Source of the DNA: Chrysomallon squamiferum
Taxonomy: Eukaryota; Animalia; Mollusca
Assembly (NCBI GenBank): GCA_012295275.1
Contig: CM022679.1
Location: forward strand, 2,790,001-2,854,000
Direction: 5' to 3'
Length of the DNA: 64,000 nt
Positions 1 to 13,757 of the stretch are shown piece by piece. Under the pieces are notes generated by a model, which worked only from the letters and a program-made list of their open reading frames with translations, was not told the DNA's origin and made no database searches. Position 1 is the stretch's first letter. Each line of letters begins with the position of its first letter. The position numbers and the translations under genes were made by a program.

Positions 1-400
1 AACTAAAATCAAAGGTTTGTATCCTATTATTTTTTATTTATTCATGATTTATTATTGTAATGATTCAGAAACATTAATGATATTTTTAATTTTTTGGAGT
101 AATTTTCAATTTATATACTTGTTTATTTATTATTTGTAAAATTTGCTAAAATAACACTAACATTTTGTTTTTCTCTTCCATCGAACAGTATGCAGTATTT
201 ATAGACAGAATATAAAATATCAGTCAAGTACTTTTTGTATCAAAATATTGATTATAAGGCATTACCTTATTTGTTTTTCAACAAATAAATAAATAAGAAA
301 ATTAAAAATATTTCTAGACATTCATTATAACATAAAATTACTTTTATATCTATTTAATGTTTTCTTTTTCTTCACTTTTTTTAATTTTTTTTTTAATCAG

Positions 401-1612
401 GAAGAACTTGCAGAAGGTTTACACTTGATTGACTTTGAGCAGCTGAAGATAGAAAATCAAACTTACAATGAGAAGATTGAGGAACGAAATGAGGTATGAC
501 ATTCTTTATTTAGCTTCTTAATCTGACAACAGGTGTCTGGATCAAATCTTGTTTCTACCTCTGATATCAGCACATTACATGACTGATTGATTTTTAAAAA
601 TATATTTTTGTGTTTTGAAAGATTTGTTTTTCTGTTGTTTTATTTTCAGAATTACTGAAGCAAACACAGTTCTCTTTCTGAGCTAAAATGTCATCATTTT
701 ATTTTCAGTATTAATGCAGCTGCTGAGAAAAGCAAACATTTTAAATTCGTTCAATAATTTTATATTTAAGTGCTGTCTTTGTGCAGCTGTTAACTGAATC
801 TCCACTGAGAAGTTTTGAACCAAGCATCTCCCATAACCATCGTTTTACATTTGCAAAAACAGTAAATAACTGAAAACAAATTTTATTAAATTATATTTAG
901 TTATTTTATAGGAATGTTTGTAGAATATTATTACCAGTATCAGCACAGTCACATTAAGAATTTATAAACAAAATAATAATTAAGCACTGTTAGTAATAGA
1001 AGATGTTGTTGTAGGAGTTGCTGAAGCTACATGAAAGATAACGAGGCAGTGCAGGTGTTGACACACCTGAAGGAGAAGCTGCAGTTTGTTCAGGCTGAGA
1101 ACCACGTACAGAGAGGAAATCTTCGAGAAGTGGAAGCCCTTGCAGCTCAGGTTTGTTTGTCTCTCAGTACTGATCTCAACATGTGAGTGTGGGTGTTTGG
1201 GTAAAGGGTCTGTATTTTGTATATTTGACTGCGAATTACCGAATGTTTAACTGGTTCTGGGCTGTGGATAAAATGACATTGATTCAATCTAGCATTCATT
1301 TGGTTGTTTTTTCATTCAAGTTTTCATTAATTTTTGCGTGTTTTTTTGTTGTTTTTTTGCTCACAGAAACGGGATATTTTATCAAGGACAAAACAAGCCA
1401 GGGATTCTCTCAGAATTGATAATCAACGTTTACGTCAGAACTGTGGTCTCCTTGGAAACGAGCCCCTGTTGAGAGATTTTGAAGAGCGCGTGGATGAGAG
1501 TGAAGAACTCAGAGACAAGCTGGAACGAATGAAAATGATTCATGCTGAAATGACCTTGACCTGTAACCAAGTGCGAAGAAAAATAGAACAGGCCAGATCA
1601 GGAAGAACATAG
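401..1612 (+). CDS. CCDC96: Coiled-coil domain-containing protein 96 (CFAP184), last three coding exons; middle exon frameshifted in this assembly
   Basis: Exons 401-493 (EELAEGLHLIDFEQLKIENQTYNEKIEERNE), 1015-1150 (ELLKL..KIT..AVQVLTHLKEKLQFVQAENHVQRGNLREVEALAAQ) and 1367-1612 (KRDILSRTKQARDSLR...GLLGNEPLLRDFEER...stop), all with AG/GT boundaries. The LHLIDFEQLKIENQ..NEKIEERNEELLKL and GLL...LLRDFE motifs are recognisable as the CCDC96/DUF4201 C-terminus. AATAAA at about 1657. 5' exons lie outside the window. Confidence 0.88.
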
Positions 1613-2887
1613 GTCCCTTTACTGTTTTCTTAAAAGAAGAAATATGTTGTGTTATCAATAAAATTAATGATTTCTCGTGTTTTATAAGTCTTATTTTTTT
1701 ATTATTATTATTATTTTTTTATTTTATTTTTTTCACAAATTTTCATTATTTAAACCAAAATTTGGATTGCCTGTTGTATTCCTCTGAATATATTGTGGCC
1801 AAAATTTCAGAAGGACTGGACTGTTTATGTATCGTTTCTAAAGGTTATCAGTATCATGTCCTTTTATGTCTATTTTTGAATAAGATGGTGTACCTTCTTT
1901 GAAATATGAGGAGATTATTATTATTACTTTTTTTATTATTTCTTTTTTTTTTTCCTTTTTTTTTTTAATAATAAATTACACTCCATGTGGTGAGGGTATG
2001 CCACAGATAACTGTGTTAGTATTTTTTTATGTGTACTGGATTATTAAATATTCATGGATTATCTAATGGAATATTTGGCTGCTGTTGAATCAAACAAGGT
2101 TTTATACTGAACTCTTCCTTGAATATAAAAGGCAAGTATAATTTTATTACTGTTAATGAAATTAATTTTAATGTTTTACAATTTTTTTAAACCAAAATGC
2201 AAATAATTAATACATTTTTTATTGATCCTTTAAAATCACAATTAAATTATTTTTTATTGTTTTTAAAATATCACAAGCAATCTAGTTACAGTCATTTTTG
2301 AGGAAAGCAGGCAAAAAGTATCCAAATTCATCTTGTACTTTAATATTATTTTACAACAGGGCAAAAGAGACAGGTCAGTCCTGAACATACTTATTTTGTC
2401 TTTTTCATTATTCATTTCACATTCCAACTACATACTGCAATAGGCAGCATGTTTACAAGTGTTCTAACCACAAAATGTGAATTTATTATAATTACCAGTA
2501 TTAAAATAAAGACAAGTTCAGAGTTTGTGTTATTTTATTATTTTATTTTCCAAATTTTAGTGTCTGGTCTTATTAAGAAATATCAATAATGTCTAGTTCA
2601 GTATTGTCAAGAAATGGATAGTGAAATTATGAGATATATTTTTGAATTCTTTAACAATCTGTACATAATGATTTGGATGTAACAATGAATAACATGTCCT
2701 CACCATGGCACTGGGCAGTGACTAAAGTAGACAGCATTACAGGTTGTTTTATCAGTCATCATTAACACCTTCGTTAGGCTGTCTTCCCCATTTTTATGTT
2801 TTACTGTTCAAGGGAATGTGCATATAAATGTTTTCTTGCTGCTGTTTATTGTAACCGTTTATCTTTCTCATTATCTGAACTGACCTT

Positions 2888-2976
2888 AAATCAATTAAAT
2901 TAAATTAAATTAAATTAAATCAAATCAAATCAAATCAAATCAAATCAAATCAAATCAAATCAAATCAAATCAAATC
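2888..2976. repeat. Compound pentanucleotide microsatellite (AAATT)n-(CAAAT)n
   Basis: Directly visible; a shorter (CAAAT)n run recurs at about 7275-7300. Confidence 0.9.
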
Positions 2977-3214
2977 ATGAAGCCATAGAGTGAAAATGTA
3001 TTGAAAAATATGTTTTAATGGTAAAATATTTTTTCAAGTACTGAACTGACCTTTGTGCTATGAGAAAATTAAATTTAAAACTGATTTTATGAATAAATTA
3101 TAAGAAATAAGAAGATTTGAAATGTTTAGCCTAACACATTTTTTTAATGTATTGTGAGATATTTTACAACATTATGTTCAATTTCCTGAGAACATGCATT
3201 TTTGTTTCTGTGTT

Positions 3215-3215
<1 letters not shown>

Positions 3216-3304
<89 letters not shown>
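3216..3304. repeat. (TG)n-(AG)n microsatellite
   Basis: Directly visible. Confidence 0.95.
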
Positions 3305-3307
<3 letters not shown>

Positions 3308-4158
3308 AAGAAATTACCTTTTTTAAGAAATCAATAATAAATTCAGCCTTTTATTAACAAGAATAAAGCATGATACATTACACTTAAAAAAAAAAAATCA
3401 ATTTCAGACAGTTATACCATTTGTTCTAGTTTTTTGTTTTCTTTTAAATTTTAATGATTATTAAAGCATTTTAAAGATATATTTGTCAACAACAAAGTTG
3501 TACAGAAAATGTGGAACAGAGATAATGGTAATGCACAAAACTATATTTAAGGAATTGAGATTTTATTAATAAAGAAATAATAGTAGGACGGATTCACTTT
3601 AATAAATGATAAAAGTAAAAAGAAATTTGAGACAAATAAGAATTGAAAACAAAAAGAAAATGAATGTATAACTTAATAATTCTGATTTTGAATAAAGTAG
3701 TCATGGAATAACATTAAACAAATATTTTAAAAATAAGAAAATGAAGTGAATGTGATAATGCAATTTAAAAAAAAAAGAAAAAAAAGAAGTCAAAATGATA
3801 AACATGTCAGAAATTAATTTTCTTTTACTTGCAGTATGAAAACTAAAGAGTTTTCAAATTTTAAATGTATAAGTATTTCTATTTATTGATAACAGTCCCA
3901 GGAAACATATGAACTAATGAGAAATCTTGCCTTCTGAAATCATTATGTTAAAGATATATATCCATATTTATTATTATTTTTAATTTTTTAAATCACCTAC
4001 AAACTATGTGGGTTTTTCGTTGTTGTTGTTGTGTTCTGCTTCTTCTTCTTTTTATTTATTTTTTTTTAAATTTTTTTATAATGTTTAATAAGATAGTGAG
4101 ACTGATAATTAATATAAGTCTATCATAAAAACACAATAAAAAAGTTCAGTTAACCATT

Positions 4159-7100
4159 TTATGGTAACTGGCTGTAGGAACACACGCGATCACTATTTAG
4201 TTCACAGAAAGCTTCCTGTGCATTGTTGTTCTGTGAATTATTCTGTTCTCTATTTTCCTCCCATAGATTTTCCTCCTCAGGCTTTTGGTAATAGTTCTCT
4301 AATTTTGGAGAAAAAATATTAAATAAATAAAAAGTAATAATAATTAAAAAAAAAAAATACAAAAAAAAATACAAAAAAAAATACAAAAAAAAAAATTATT
4401 TAACAAAAATAATGTAATGTAGTGTAATATTAACAAAAATAAAAATAAATATTAGATATATAAACAAATAAATATTAAATAAATAAAAATAATAAATAAA
4501 TATTAAGTAAATAAAATATCACATTTTATACAGTTCTCCAATGATAATTTGGTTAAAAATATCCACCACTAAAATAACTGGAAATCACTATTACAGTTCT
4601 AACATCAGTATATATTTTTTGGCCCCAAAAAACAGTTATGAATTTAACATAAGGACTTGAAAGAGATTAGTAAAATAACATTAATAAACAAATAAATAAA
4701 TAAATTCCTTTAAAAAAAATTACCATTAAACAAATTACCTTTAAAAAAATATAAATAACAATAAAATTCTTGCCACATTTTGTAATTGCCAAAAATTATT
4801 TATAGGACATTTCTGTTTTTCTTCCACATTTATCCCCAGACCTTGCTTTTATTATTGTTGTTGTTGTTGTTGCTATTATTACTGCTGTTGCTGTTGTTGT
4901 TATTGGTTATTGAAGAGGTGGTTGAGATTATGTAATTTATCTGGTGATGTTTAATATATACATAAAATGTAAAGAAGCTGTTTATGACAAATTTTCTTAC
5001 CTGTCAGATTTATCGTTTCTCTTTTATCACACAGAACCAGTATTTTATTTTGCATCGAAAAAGCGAAAACAGCTGTTATGATCAAACCTAATATTAATAA
5101 TGCTGTGAGTACAGCCCCGATTGGGAAACTTGGACTGTGTTCTGTGTTTTTTGAAGTGTTTTGGGGGACAACAGCTTTTTCTATTGTTTTATAATGTACC
5201 TGGTCTTTATTTGTCTTGTTTTGTGAATAGTATTCATCTGGAAGAGAAATGTAGAACTTAAAAGTGTCAAAATCACAAAATATTTAAATAACAGGAATAA
5301 TAACGTGAATATGTAAATTATGATCATTAGGAATGTGATAATTTATTGTGAATTAAAATTAATTAAATAATAAAATTAATGTTTCAGAGCTTTACAATGA
5401 ATTAGACAAATTTTGTGGTTGAAAAAAATGAAAAGGCAATATTATTATATAAAAAAAATTGAAAGTCTTAAATCATTTAAAATAAAACAGAATAATTAAT
5501 AGCAGTAGCTGAAGAATTCAAGATTTTATAGTTGACTGAGGAAATAGTTAAAAATACTTTATTGCAAAAGTAAAAACACATTTTGCAACAATAATGTTTT
5601 TTTATAATCTCATCAAATTGACATGCTCTTTGAAAACAGTATATCAGTTTATGTACATAACATATTTTTTCCCTAATATTTAATTCAGTGAAAATAATAA
5701 TAAATAAATCATGGCCTAAACTGCAAATACTTTCAGGCTGAAATATGAAAATTATTTGTTCATGTATACCTGGACATTTTGTTTTGCACTCTTCAGTGGA
5801 TCCAGTAATATTATGTTCATAACACAGAACGGAACATGGCTGACATTTCCCTTTTGTTCCAATATGTCGATCAAAATAGAAACCTTTGGCACATTCATTT
5901 TCATTCTTACTGACATCATTCTTCTCTTGAAAACCTGGTATATGATGAATGTAATTATAATATTAGTGTAACTACTCTTCATCTTATATACATGTTCACC
6001 ATCAATTTACTAATCACAGATGGTCCAAAATCTCTTTTAGACTATAAAGATATAAGATGAGGTATCTGAAATTTTTAATTTTTAATATTTTTTAAATTAA
6101 TAATCTGATTGCACTGATGCAGACAGGATTATAAATGTAAACCACAATTTTATATGGATATATTTAATCATTTAATTGACATTTAATTTAAGTTCCTAGC
6201 ACTTTATGGGAAATATGTATTTAGGTGCTCAGAGGTGTGTAGTTAAATTACTATTATGTGAAATTACTATTATGTGAGCATAACAGTCTGAAAAAAACTA
6301 ATAATATGGAAAGGTTATGGAACCAAGGGTTCTGGAAATTTGGTGTTGTTCCTCTAATAATAATAGAAGTTGGTAGAAGTTAAGCAAATTGTTTTGTGAA
6401 TAAAGATACTCTTATTAATTAGCAGCGACATATGTTTTATGTATATATATTTTGTCTTTTGTATAACCATTAATGAAGAGGATATAACAAAGAGTGGGTA
6501 TTTAAGAATATCTGATCCTGTAACACATCAAGCAAGAAATTCAGCTATTCCTAGACAAGGCCAAAATATCAAAATCATTTGGGATGTTTTTAAGTTAAAC
6601 TACTCTAAACAAATAATTAAAATTCTGACCTAACTCCAACCACTTTAACAAATCAGTCTAAAACATAACAATTGTTTGTTTGTATCTCACCTTTACATTT
6701 AAGTTTGCACTCCTTGGTAGTGCCTCGTTGATTGTGATCATAGCATAATTTAGAACACAGCTCACATTTGCCTCTTAATCCGATATGAGGATCCAAATAA
6801 TATCCATCTGGACACTGTATTTCACTCTTTGAAACACCTAGTGGTCCCCCTTCTTTGTTTGTTTTCAAGTATTTAGCTGAGAAAATATTTTGTAAATATA
6901 GTTCAGTGCAGTTATTTATAAAATACAAAATAATATTGTAATAATATAGCAGTAATAGTAGTTAATAGTAGCAGTAGTAGTAGTAGTAGTAACTGTAACA
7001 CTAATAATACTTTAATAGCCAGAAAGTTTGCTTGTTCAAGGCTTTTTAAATAAATAAAGAAAAAAAAAAAAAAATGAAAAAAGAAAAATTTAAAAATAAT

Positions 7101-7489
7101 CTACAGAACTACAGTTTAAAATAATAAATTTACATGGACACTGAATCCTTTTCATTTCCCAGTATTAAATATTTTATTTTACTGTTTTGAATTTAATGTG
7201 TGGGTGTGGGTGTGGGTGTGGGGTTTTGTGGGGTTTTTTTTAACATATAATAATAAAATTAATTAATTAAAGTTAAATCAAATCAAATCAAATCAAATTA
7301 CCAACCTGAACAAACTGTTTTACAGTCATTTTGTCTTTCTCCATTGCTGCACAATTTATCGCAATTTTCACATTTACCGGTATCAGAATCAAAGATGAAA
7401 CCTTTATTACAGATTCGGGTTGAAATTGGACGAGCCAAAGTAACTTGGATAAGAAACAAAATTACTAATATACATCCACATATATTCAT
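4159..7489 (-). CDS. TNFR-superfamily-like type I receptor A (BCMA/TACI/Grindelwald-type CRDs x3, TM, short tail), about 303 aa
   Basis: Five exons, all introns phase 1 GT-AG: 7489-7306 (signal MNICGCILVILFLIQVTLA + CNKGFIFDSDTGKCENCDKLCSNGERQNDCKTVC), 6876-6691 (CPDGYYLDPHIGLRGKCELCSKLCYDHNQRGTTKECKLKC), 5934-5770 (CAKGFYFDRHIGTKGKCQPCSVLCYEHNITGSTEECKTKC; missed by the ORF track), 5237-5001 (stalk + TM IGAVLTALLILGLIITAVFAFSM), 4298-4159 (ENYYQKPEEENLW...VCSYSQLP*). The joined 912 nt is open. Confidence 0.8.
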
Positions 7490-9786
7490 TTCTTAACAGT
7501 ATGACATCGTTCTCTCATGACTATTTCGTAATATTTTTATTAGGTCTTTTTAAGATTCACTGAATAAATAGACTCGTAGTCACACGTTAGCGGCTTTACT
7601 AACACGTTTATGACCCTGAGTCACTTCTAAAAATAGCTAACTGCGTCGTTGAAATAGCTAATTGTTATCTTCAATTTTATAATATTTTTCAAAAAGTAAC
7701 TTTTATTTAGGTACTCTTTGTATATATATGATTTCAGAATGTACAATTAAAATGATGCATGCACAGTGGTTATTATCACAGTACACTGGATATAAATTTA
7801 TATTTTAATAAATATATACTTATTTAATCGTAGCGTGTGTTATATGCTATTTATAGTTTGGGTAATTCCAGTCGGATTTTATTTTTGTTAGGGGAATAAC
7901 CTGAATGGAAAGCATTTTCTCGTCTGTAAGTCACAGTGTCAAACCAGAAAATAATAATAACAATAATAATAAAATAAATAAATAAATAAATAAATAAATA
8001 AAATAAAAAGGTAGGTGCAACTGTACTATATATATTTCCTGCATATTTCAATAAATATTATTTATTTATTTACGTGTTTGTTATCAATCGAATTGCACGA
8101 AAATTTATAAGCAGCTAGACTTTATTAAACAAGATTTAACAAGTAACACACAAAATAACAGTAACAATAAATAAATAAATAAATAAATTAATGATATCAA
8201 AAACAAAATAATAGCTGACAGAGGTTTACTAATAGAGCAAGATATTATTTGTTCTCTTTAGCATTGTCGTAGGACGTTAGATAAAAGTTATAATATTAAA
8301 CAAACCAGTTAACCATAAGAAGATATAATACATAGATACACCACAAAAAATAAAAAAAAAATTAAAAAATAATAAAAAAATAAAATAAAATAAAATAAAT
8401 AAATAAAATTAAAAAATACCAATAAAAAAAAATACTAATAATAAAAATAAAATTTCAAAAAGCAGTATGTAAATATGATAAAGATAAATAAATAAATAAA
8501 TAAATAAATAAATATCGATGAACCCTTTCTTTGTCATACTTTGGTCCTCAGCATAAGAATACTGTGAGGCTATACAAACAAGCAAACAAACAAACAAACA
8601 AACAAACAAGTAACTGATAATGTTTACTGAAAACTTAGTCAGACGCCAGAGATTGTTTCTGAGGAAAATTTCTTCTCCAGTCAATTAAACGTAGAAACGG
8701 AAGGAAATGCTTAAGGTGTTAATAATGTTTTATTTATAGAACACACGTCACGTATGTACCACATGAATGGGAAACCCTGTGACGTTTAATATTATAAATA
8801 GATCAAAAGCCTTGGTGGGCGGTGAAATGCTGCAGTGTGGAAAATATACATATTAAATAAGCATAATGAATGAACAGTTTAATTTTTTTTTTCTTCTTCT
8901 TCTTTACATTAACTGCTGTTAGGTGTTAACAATAATACTAACAAAAAGATTATCAGTAATTAACAATAATTTAATACAAATAAAAGCGACAGTAATCAAT
9001 ACACAAACAAATAAATAAAAAATAAATAATGTTGTTGACACCTTCAAGCAAGTTCATTTCGTCGCCTCGCCTAACTTTGACCATTTGAAAAAAAAAAAAA
9101 AAAAAAAAAAAAATCATTTCCTTAAACAAAGCAAAATGTATTTTTATTATTTAAAAAAAATAATAAAAATAAAAATAATAATATAATTATTTGTAACACC
9201 TGTTAATGCTATGTATACTCTCTCAATCTCGATATAAATAAAAATTGTACTTGTTCCAAAAAAAAAGAGAAAAAAAAAAGAAGAAGAAATTCTCCCTTTT
9301 AGTATGTTTAATTATTTCGAATGTAACGATATCTCGAACTTGATTCCAAGACCCCGAAATTTCGAGACTGAGACAGTTTACTTTATGCATGTATCTGTGT
9401 TTTTCTTGAATGTATGAATGTGTATGTATGTATGTATGTATGTATGTATGTTTATATATTTGTATGTATGTTTGTTTGTGTGTATGTCTGTGTGTATGTA
9501 TTATGTGTGTATGCATGTATGTATGTATATATGTATGTAACACTTTCATTGAATAAAACATAAAAAGATAATAACACTTTCATCGCAAATAATAATAAAT
9601 AAATATATCACAAAAACCTTCCCACGAAATAATATATAAGGTACAGACAGGTAAATAAATAAATACATAGAAATTTGCATTCCTTTTGCCAACATGCAAC
9701 TATTAGGTAAATACATATACAAGAAAATAAATAAATAAATACAGAGTTCATTGAAAACCTCTATAACTTCACGTTATATGCTTATT

Positions 9787-10089
9787 TTATATAATTGTAT
9801 TTGTCAGACATGTGAAACGTTTTTCTGACGGTATCAGACACGACGGTTTTGATAAATCGTTATAAACAGACTTTTTGCGATTTTTTAGTCGCTTGCAGAT
9901 CACGTATGACAAGAAAGATATTAAAAGTAGAACCAGCGTTGTAGCAAGGGCGATAACCAACGTCATATTATAATCTGACGGATAAGTCGATAGGCATTTG
10001 TTGTCATGGAGTCCGGCCGATGTGTCGGAGTAATCTGAAAATGGAAAAAAAATAAAAATAAAAAAAATAAATAAATAAATAAATAAACG

Positions 10090-10139
<50 letters not shown>

Positions 10140-10531
10140 TAAGTTATGTATATATTCAGCCACACACATACATACACAAAATATTTTCGACTATACATGA
10201 TACAGACCAGGGGTGCCCAATACGTCATAGACAGTGTGAGTAGATCGCATAACAACAAAAAATAGCCTATCAACCATCCTGCAAGTGCAAGTGCAAGTGC
10301 AAGTCATCAGAGTAAGGTGATGGCCAAAAATGTACGTACAGGTTCATTCTGTTATGCAAGGTACACCAACATATATTGTAAATATAAGGTATACTTAGAA
10401 TAAATAAATTAAATAAATAAATAAATAAATGTATTGCGCTTTCACTGTAGGTAGATCATTTTGACTTGGTCATTTAAAAAGTGTGAGCACCTCTGATATA
10501 GACAAACGTAGATTACTTTTTAAAAATAGTG

Positions 10532-10568
<37 letters not shown>

Positions 10569-11149
10569 GAATCACTAAATAACTTTGAAGATAAAATGTA
10601 TGATTTAATATTTTTCAGAATTAATGACAGATAAACTAAAAATTTAACAGCAATATCCACAGACATACAAACACAAACTCTACAGCCACTTACATATTTG
10701 GGGCCCTGATGCGTGATCGGTTATGGGGGGCCTTTCGCTGTTTCGGTAAACATAGTTACCTTCTTCTTAGACTTGCTCCATAAAAGATTTTTAAAATTTA
10801 GCCACATGACAGATTTTAATTGAAATTTTTAAGACATGTGGACTGAAGCTGATATTGGGGCCCCTTTGGGTTTAGAGGACCCATAAGTTTAAGCTCTGTC
10901 AGTTTCACAATAGATCACCCCCACAAACAAGCGCGCGCGCGCGCTCACACACGCTACTAAGAAAGAAACACACTTACGTGGACAGCGTTCCTGACATTGT
11001 TTCCTCGTCTTTTGGATGTCGGCTGCGTAACAAATCAAATGGCATGGATCACATTGCTCTGTCACAGGATCATAGTACGTTCCTTCTGCACATTCTTCAC
11101 TGTCAGTGACAGAAGATATAATAAGAATGACAATAATTTCAGTAAGCAT
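9787..11149 (-). CDS. TNFR-superfamily-like type I receptor B (single BCMA/TACI-type CRD, TM, tail with SVYNDL), about 139 aa
   Basis: Exon 11149-10978 (MLTEIIVILIISSVTDS + CAEGTYYDPVTEQCDPCHLICYAADIQKTRKQCQERC; donor c|GTAAGT) and exon 10034-9787 (HYSDTSAG...TM LVIALATTLVLLLISFLSYVIC, KRLKNRKK stop-transfer, SVYNDLSKP...TNTII*). Phase 1, 420 nt open. Confidence 0.8.
10208..10495. mobile_element. Non-autonomous hAT (Charlie-like) MITE in intron of receptor B
   Basis: Imperfect TIRs CAGGGGTGCCCAA / GTGAGCACCTCTG, flanked by an 8-bp TSD atacagac / atatagac (7/8 match). Confidence 0.7.
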
Positions 11150-11879
11150 CACGTACAATTTTCCCGTCTGTTACCACAGTCGCATATATTTTTCTATAAA
11201 TGTATTTCAATGTGTTTATTATTATTATTATTATTTCTGAATTGCAAAATGTTTGCTGTTATTCAGAGTAGACAGCGTTTATGTTCAGATTTCGTTTTTG
11301 CTGAAGGCAAGTAAAAGAACTAACTCCTCCAAATGCTTAAATTTATATAGAAATATATAAGAAAAAAGAAAAAAAAAAAGGTTTATTTTTAAACACACGT
11401 AAAATCACATCACATTAACGGAAAAACCCATTACTTAGTGACGTGTCCGATTTTTATAGTCAGTAATAATAATAATAATAATAAAACAAAAAAAATAAAA
11501 ATAAAATAAAATAAAAATAAAAAATAAAAAAGCTTTTTTTTTTTTTTTTTGTAGCTTACAGAAATACAGAAATATACTACTCAGTTAGTGGTGATCACTG
11601 TATAATGTACATTAACATTACTGCTTGAATCTGAATATTTCTCAACTCACAGTCATTCTGTATATCATCTGTCAAAAGTCATTTACATTGTGTCAATTTT
11701 CGTTTATTTTGTTTTATTTGATCATACTTATTTTATCATTATCATCATTATCCTCTTGTTGTTATTTTTGTTTTTCTAAAACATCGCTTTGACCTAACAA
11801 GAAAGAACAAAACGAAACACTGTATATTAATCCTGCAATTATCAAATTTAATCAATGGCTATATGACGTCATGACAACG

Positions 11880-12025
11880 TAAGAAGGAACCTGCTGCACT
11901 GCTTGACTGGGCTACTCTTTTTTGACCAGCAATAAAGTATTTTGTTTATATGTACCTTCCCACGGATGAGAAAATACATACTAATGCCTTTGATGAGCTA
12001 ACTGTGGAGTACATGTTGGAATGTT
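11880..12025 (-). mobile_element. Degenerate SINE-like repeat fragment
   Basis: Loosely resembles, in the opposite orientation, the segment at 29890-29975 (...ccgtggtatgtgctaccctgtctgtggg). Recalled as similar to a widespread mollusc SINE core; not verified. Confidence 0.3.
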
Positions 12026-12261
12026 TGAAGAGAACTGATTCTGCCATCCATTAACTTTAAAGACAGCTAAGTCCCTCCTCTTGAAGGCCAAAGCACGTCC
12101 GTTATGGCCACACACCGCTGTGTTTGACGTAACTGCAGGTATGAAAAATAGCAAGCCAAATGGCGAATTAGTGCAGAATCTGTTATAATAGTTTTATTTT
12201 TATAATACAGTGAGAGACAGAGTTGGTTCTGAGATTTACATTTGCATGGACTATTAGAACA

Positions 12262-12332
<71 letters not shown>
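12262..12332. repeat. (AAT)n microsatellite
   Basis: Directly visible. Confidence 0.95.
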
Positions 12333-12336
<4 letters not shown>

Positions 12337-13652
12337 CTAAATAAATAAATAAATAACTAATAGTAATAATAGCGATGATGATAATATTAATAATAGTAGG
12401 AGTAGTAGTAATAACTAAATAAATAAATAATACTAATAATAATGATGATGATAATATTAATAATAGTAGTAGTAGTAATAACTAGAATAAAATAAACAAT
12501 AAATAACCATATTAGAATTAACTAACGACTATAATTATTTCCACCTTGGTTGACAAACCTGTTCTATTTATAAATGCATGTGACCATATCACATGCTTGG
12601 GAAAACCATTTTCCTAGTAACCGTAAACAAACCAGAAGAGATGGACAGAAACAGATGCTGTGTTCTGTTGATCTTGTTTGGCAGGAGTTTTGATCGCCAA
12701 TGGTGGGGTGGGGGTGGAGAACGATGTACATTTAATATTACAATGAATAAATGAATTTTTGTTTAACAACAAACGGAGAGGTTCTGTACTGTAAGACTTA
12801 GTTAATGTATGTTGAACAGACCTCTTTGGAAAGGTGGCAGTTTTGAATGTGATAGGCGCGGGTTAAACAACAATCTGATAGAAACATGCCAGAACTTACT
12901 CACAGGCATAATTAAGGGTTTTATAATAAAACGAAATTGGGAAAAAAAAATCCTTTTCCTAAGTTAGATGTTAGGTTCGTTCCAGTAATAGAGGGGTTTT
13001 GTGCTATCCCAGTATCATTTTACATTAAACTTTTCCCGTTTTCCGTAAAACATTCAACTTTTCCTGATTTCAAAATCCGACCTGGAGTGATTAGGTTCTT
13101 TAGCAGACGTCATGCTTCTGTACGATTTCAGAATATTCTGTACTGGTTGTGGGTTTATGTCAACCATCTTTCGATTTTTTTTTCTTCATATCACCTTTGC
13201 ACCATTTATAATATCTTCCATATATTTTTAAACTATACTGTACTAAACAGAATGGAGGAATTCACCATTGATGTACATTATTAAGATTTGGATACAGTAA
13301 ATACTGATAATCATTTTCTTAAAAATAAACTCCAACTTGATAATTTAGCTTTAATTTGTATAACTCTTACATATTACAGAATATAAAAATACAACTAGTG
13401 AAAATACTTCAGTCCATCTCGCACTGAAGAGAGCACAATTCATTTCTAATTTAAAGACGAAATATAAAGTCTTAGCGTTGAGAATGCTAATATGGCGGAA
13501 ACGAGACAGACCAAGAAACTGCGAGATGAGATGCTTGACGATGAAACACCGTGCTGCCTTTTCCATGATCGAAGTTCTCAGCTTACAACTATTATTATTA
13601 TTATTATTATTATTATTAAATCTGAGAGATAATAAATATTATGAATTTCTGT

Positions 13653-13690
<38 letters not shown>

Positions 13691-13757
13691 TTCCAAACAT
13701 TGCCTACATTTTGAAAACACTACATCAGAATGTTTTATACTTTGCTATGTTTTCATC

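Noticed and set aside
4840-4940. Asn/Ser-rich possible extra exon in receptor A
   Set aside because: A stop occurs in the phase-1 frame; it is an (AAC)n-derived intronic tract.
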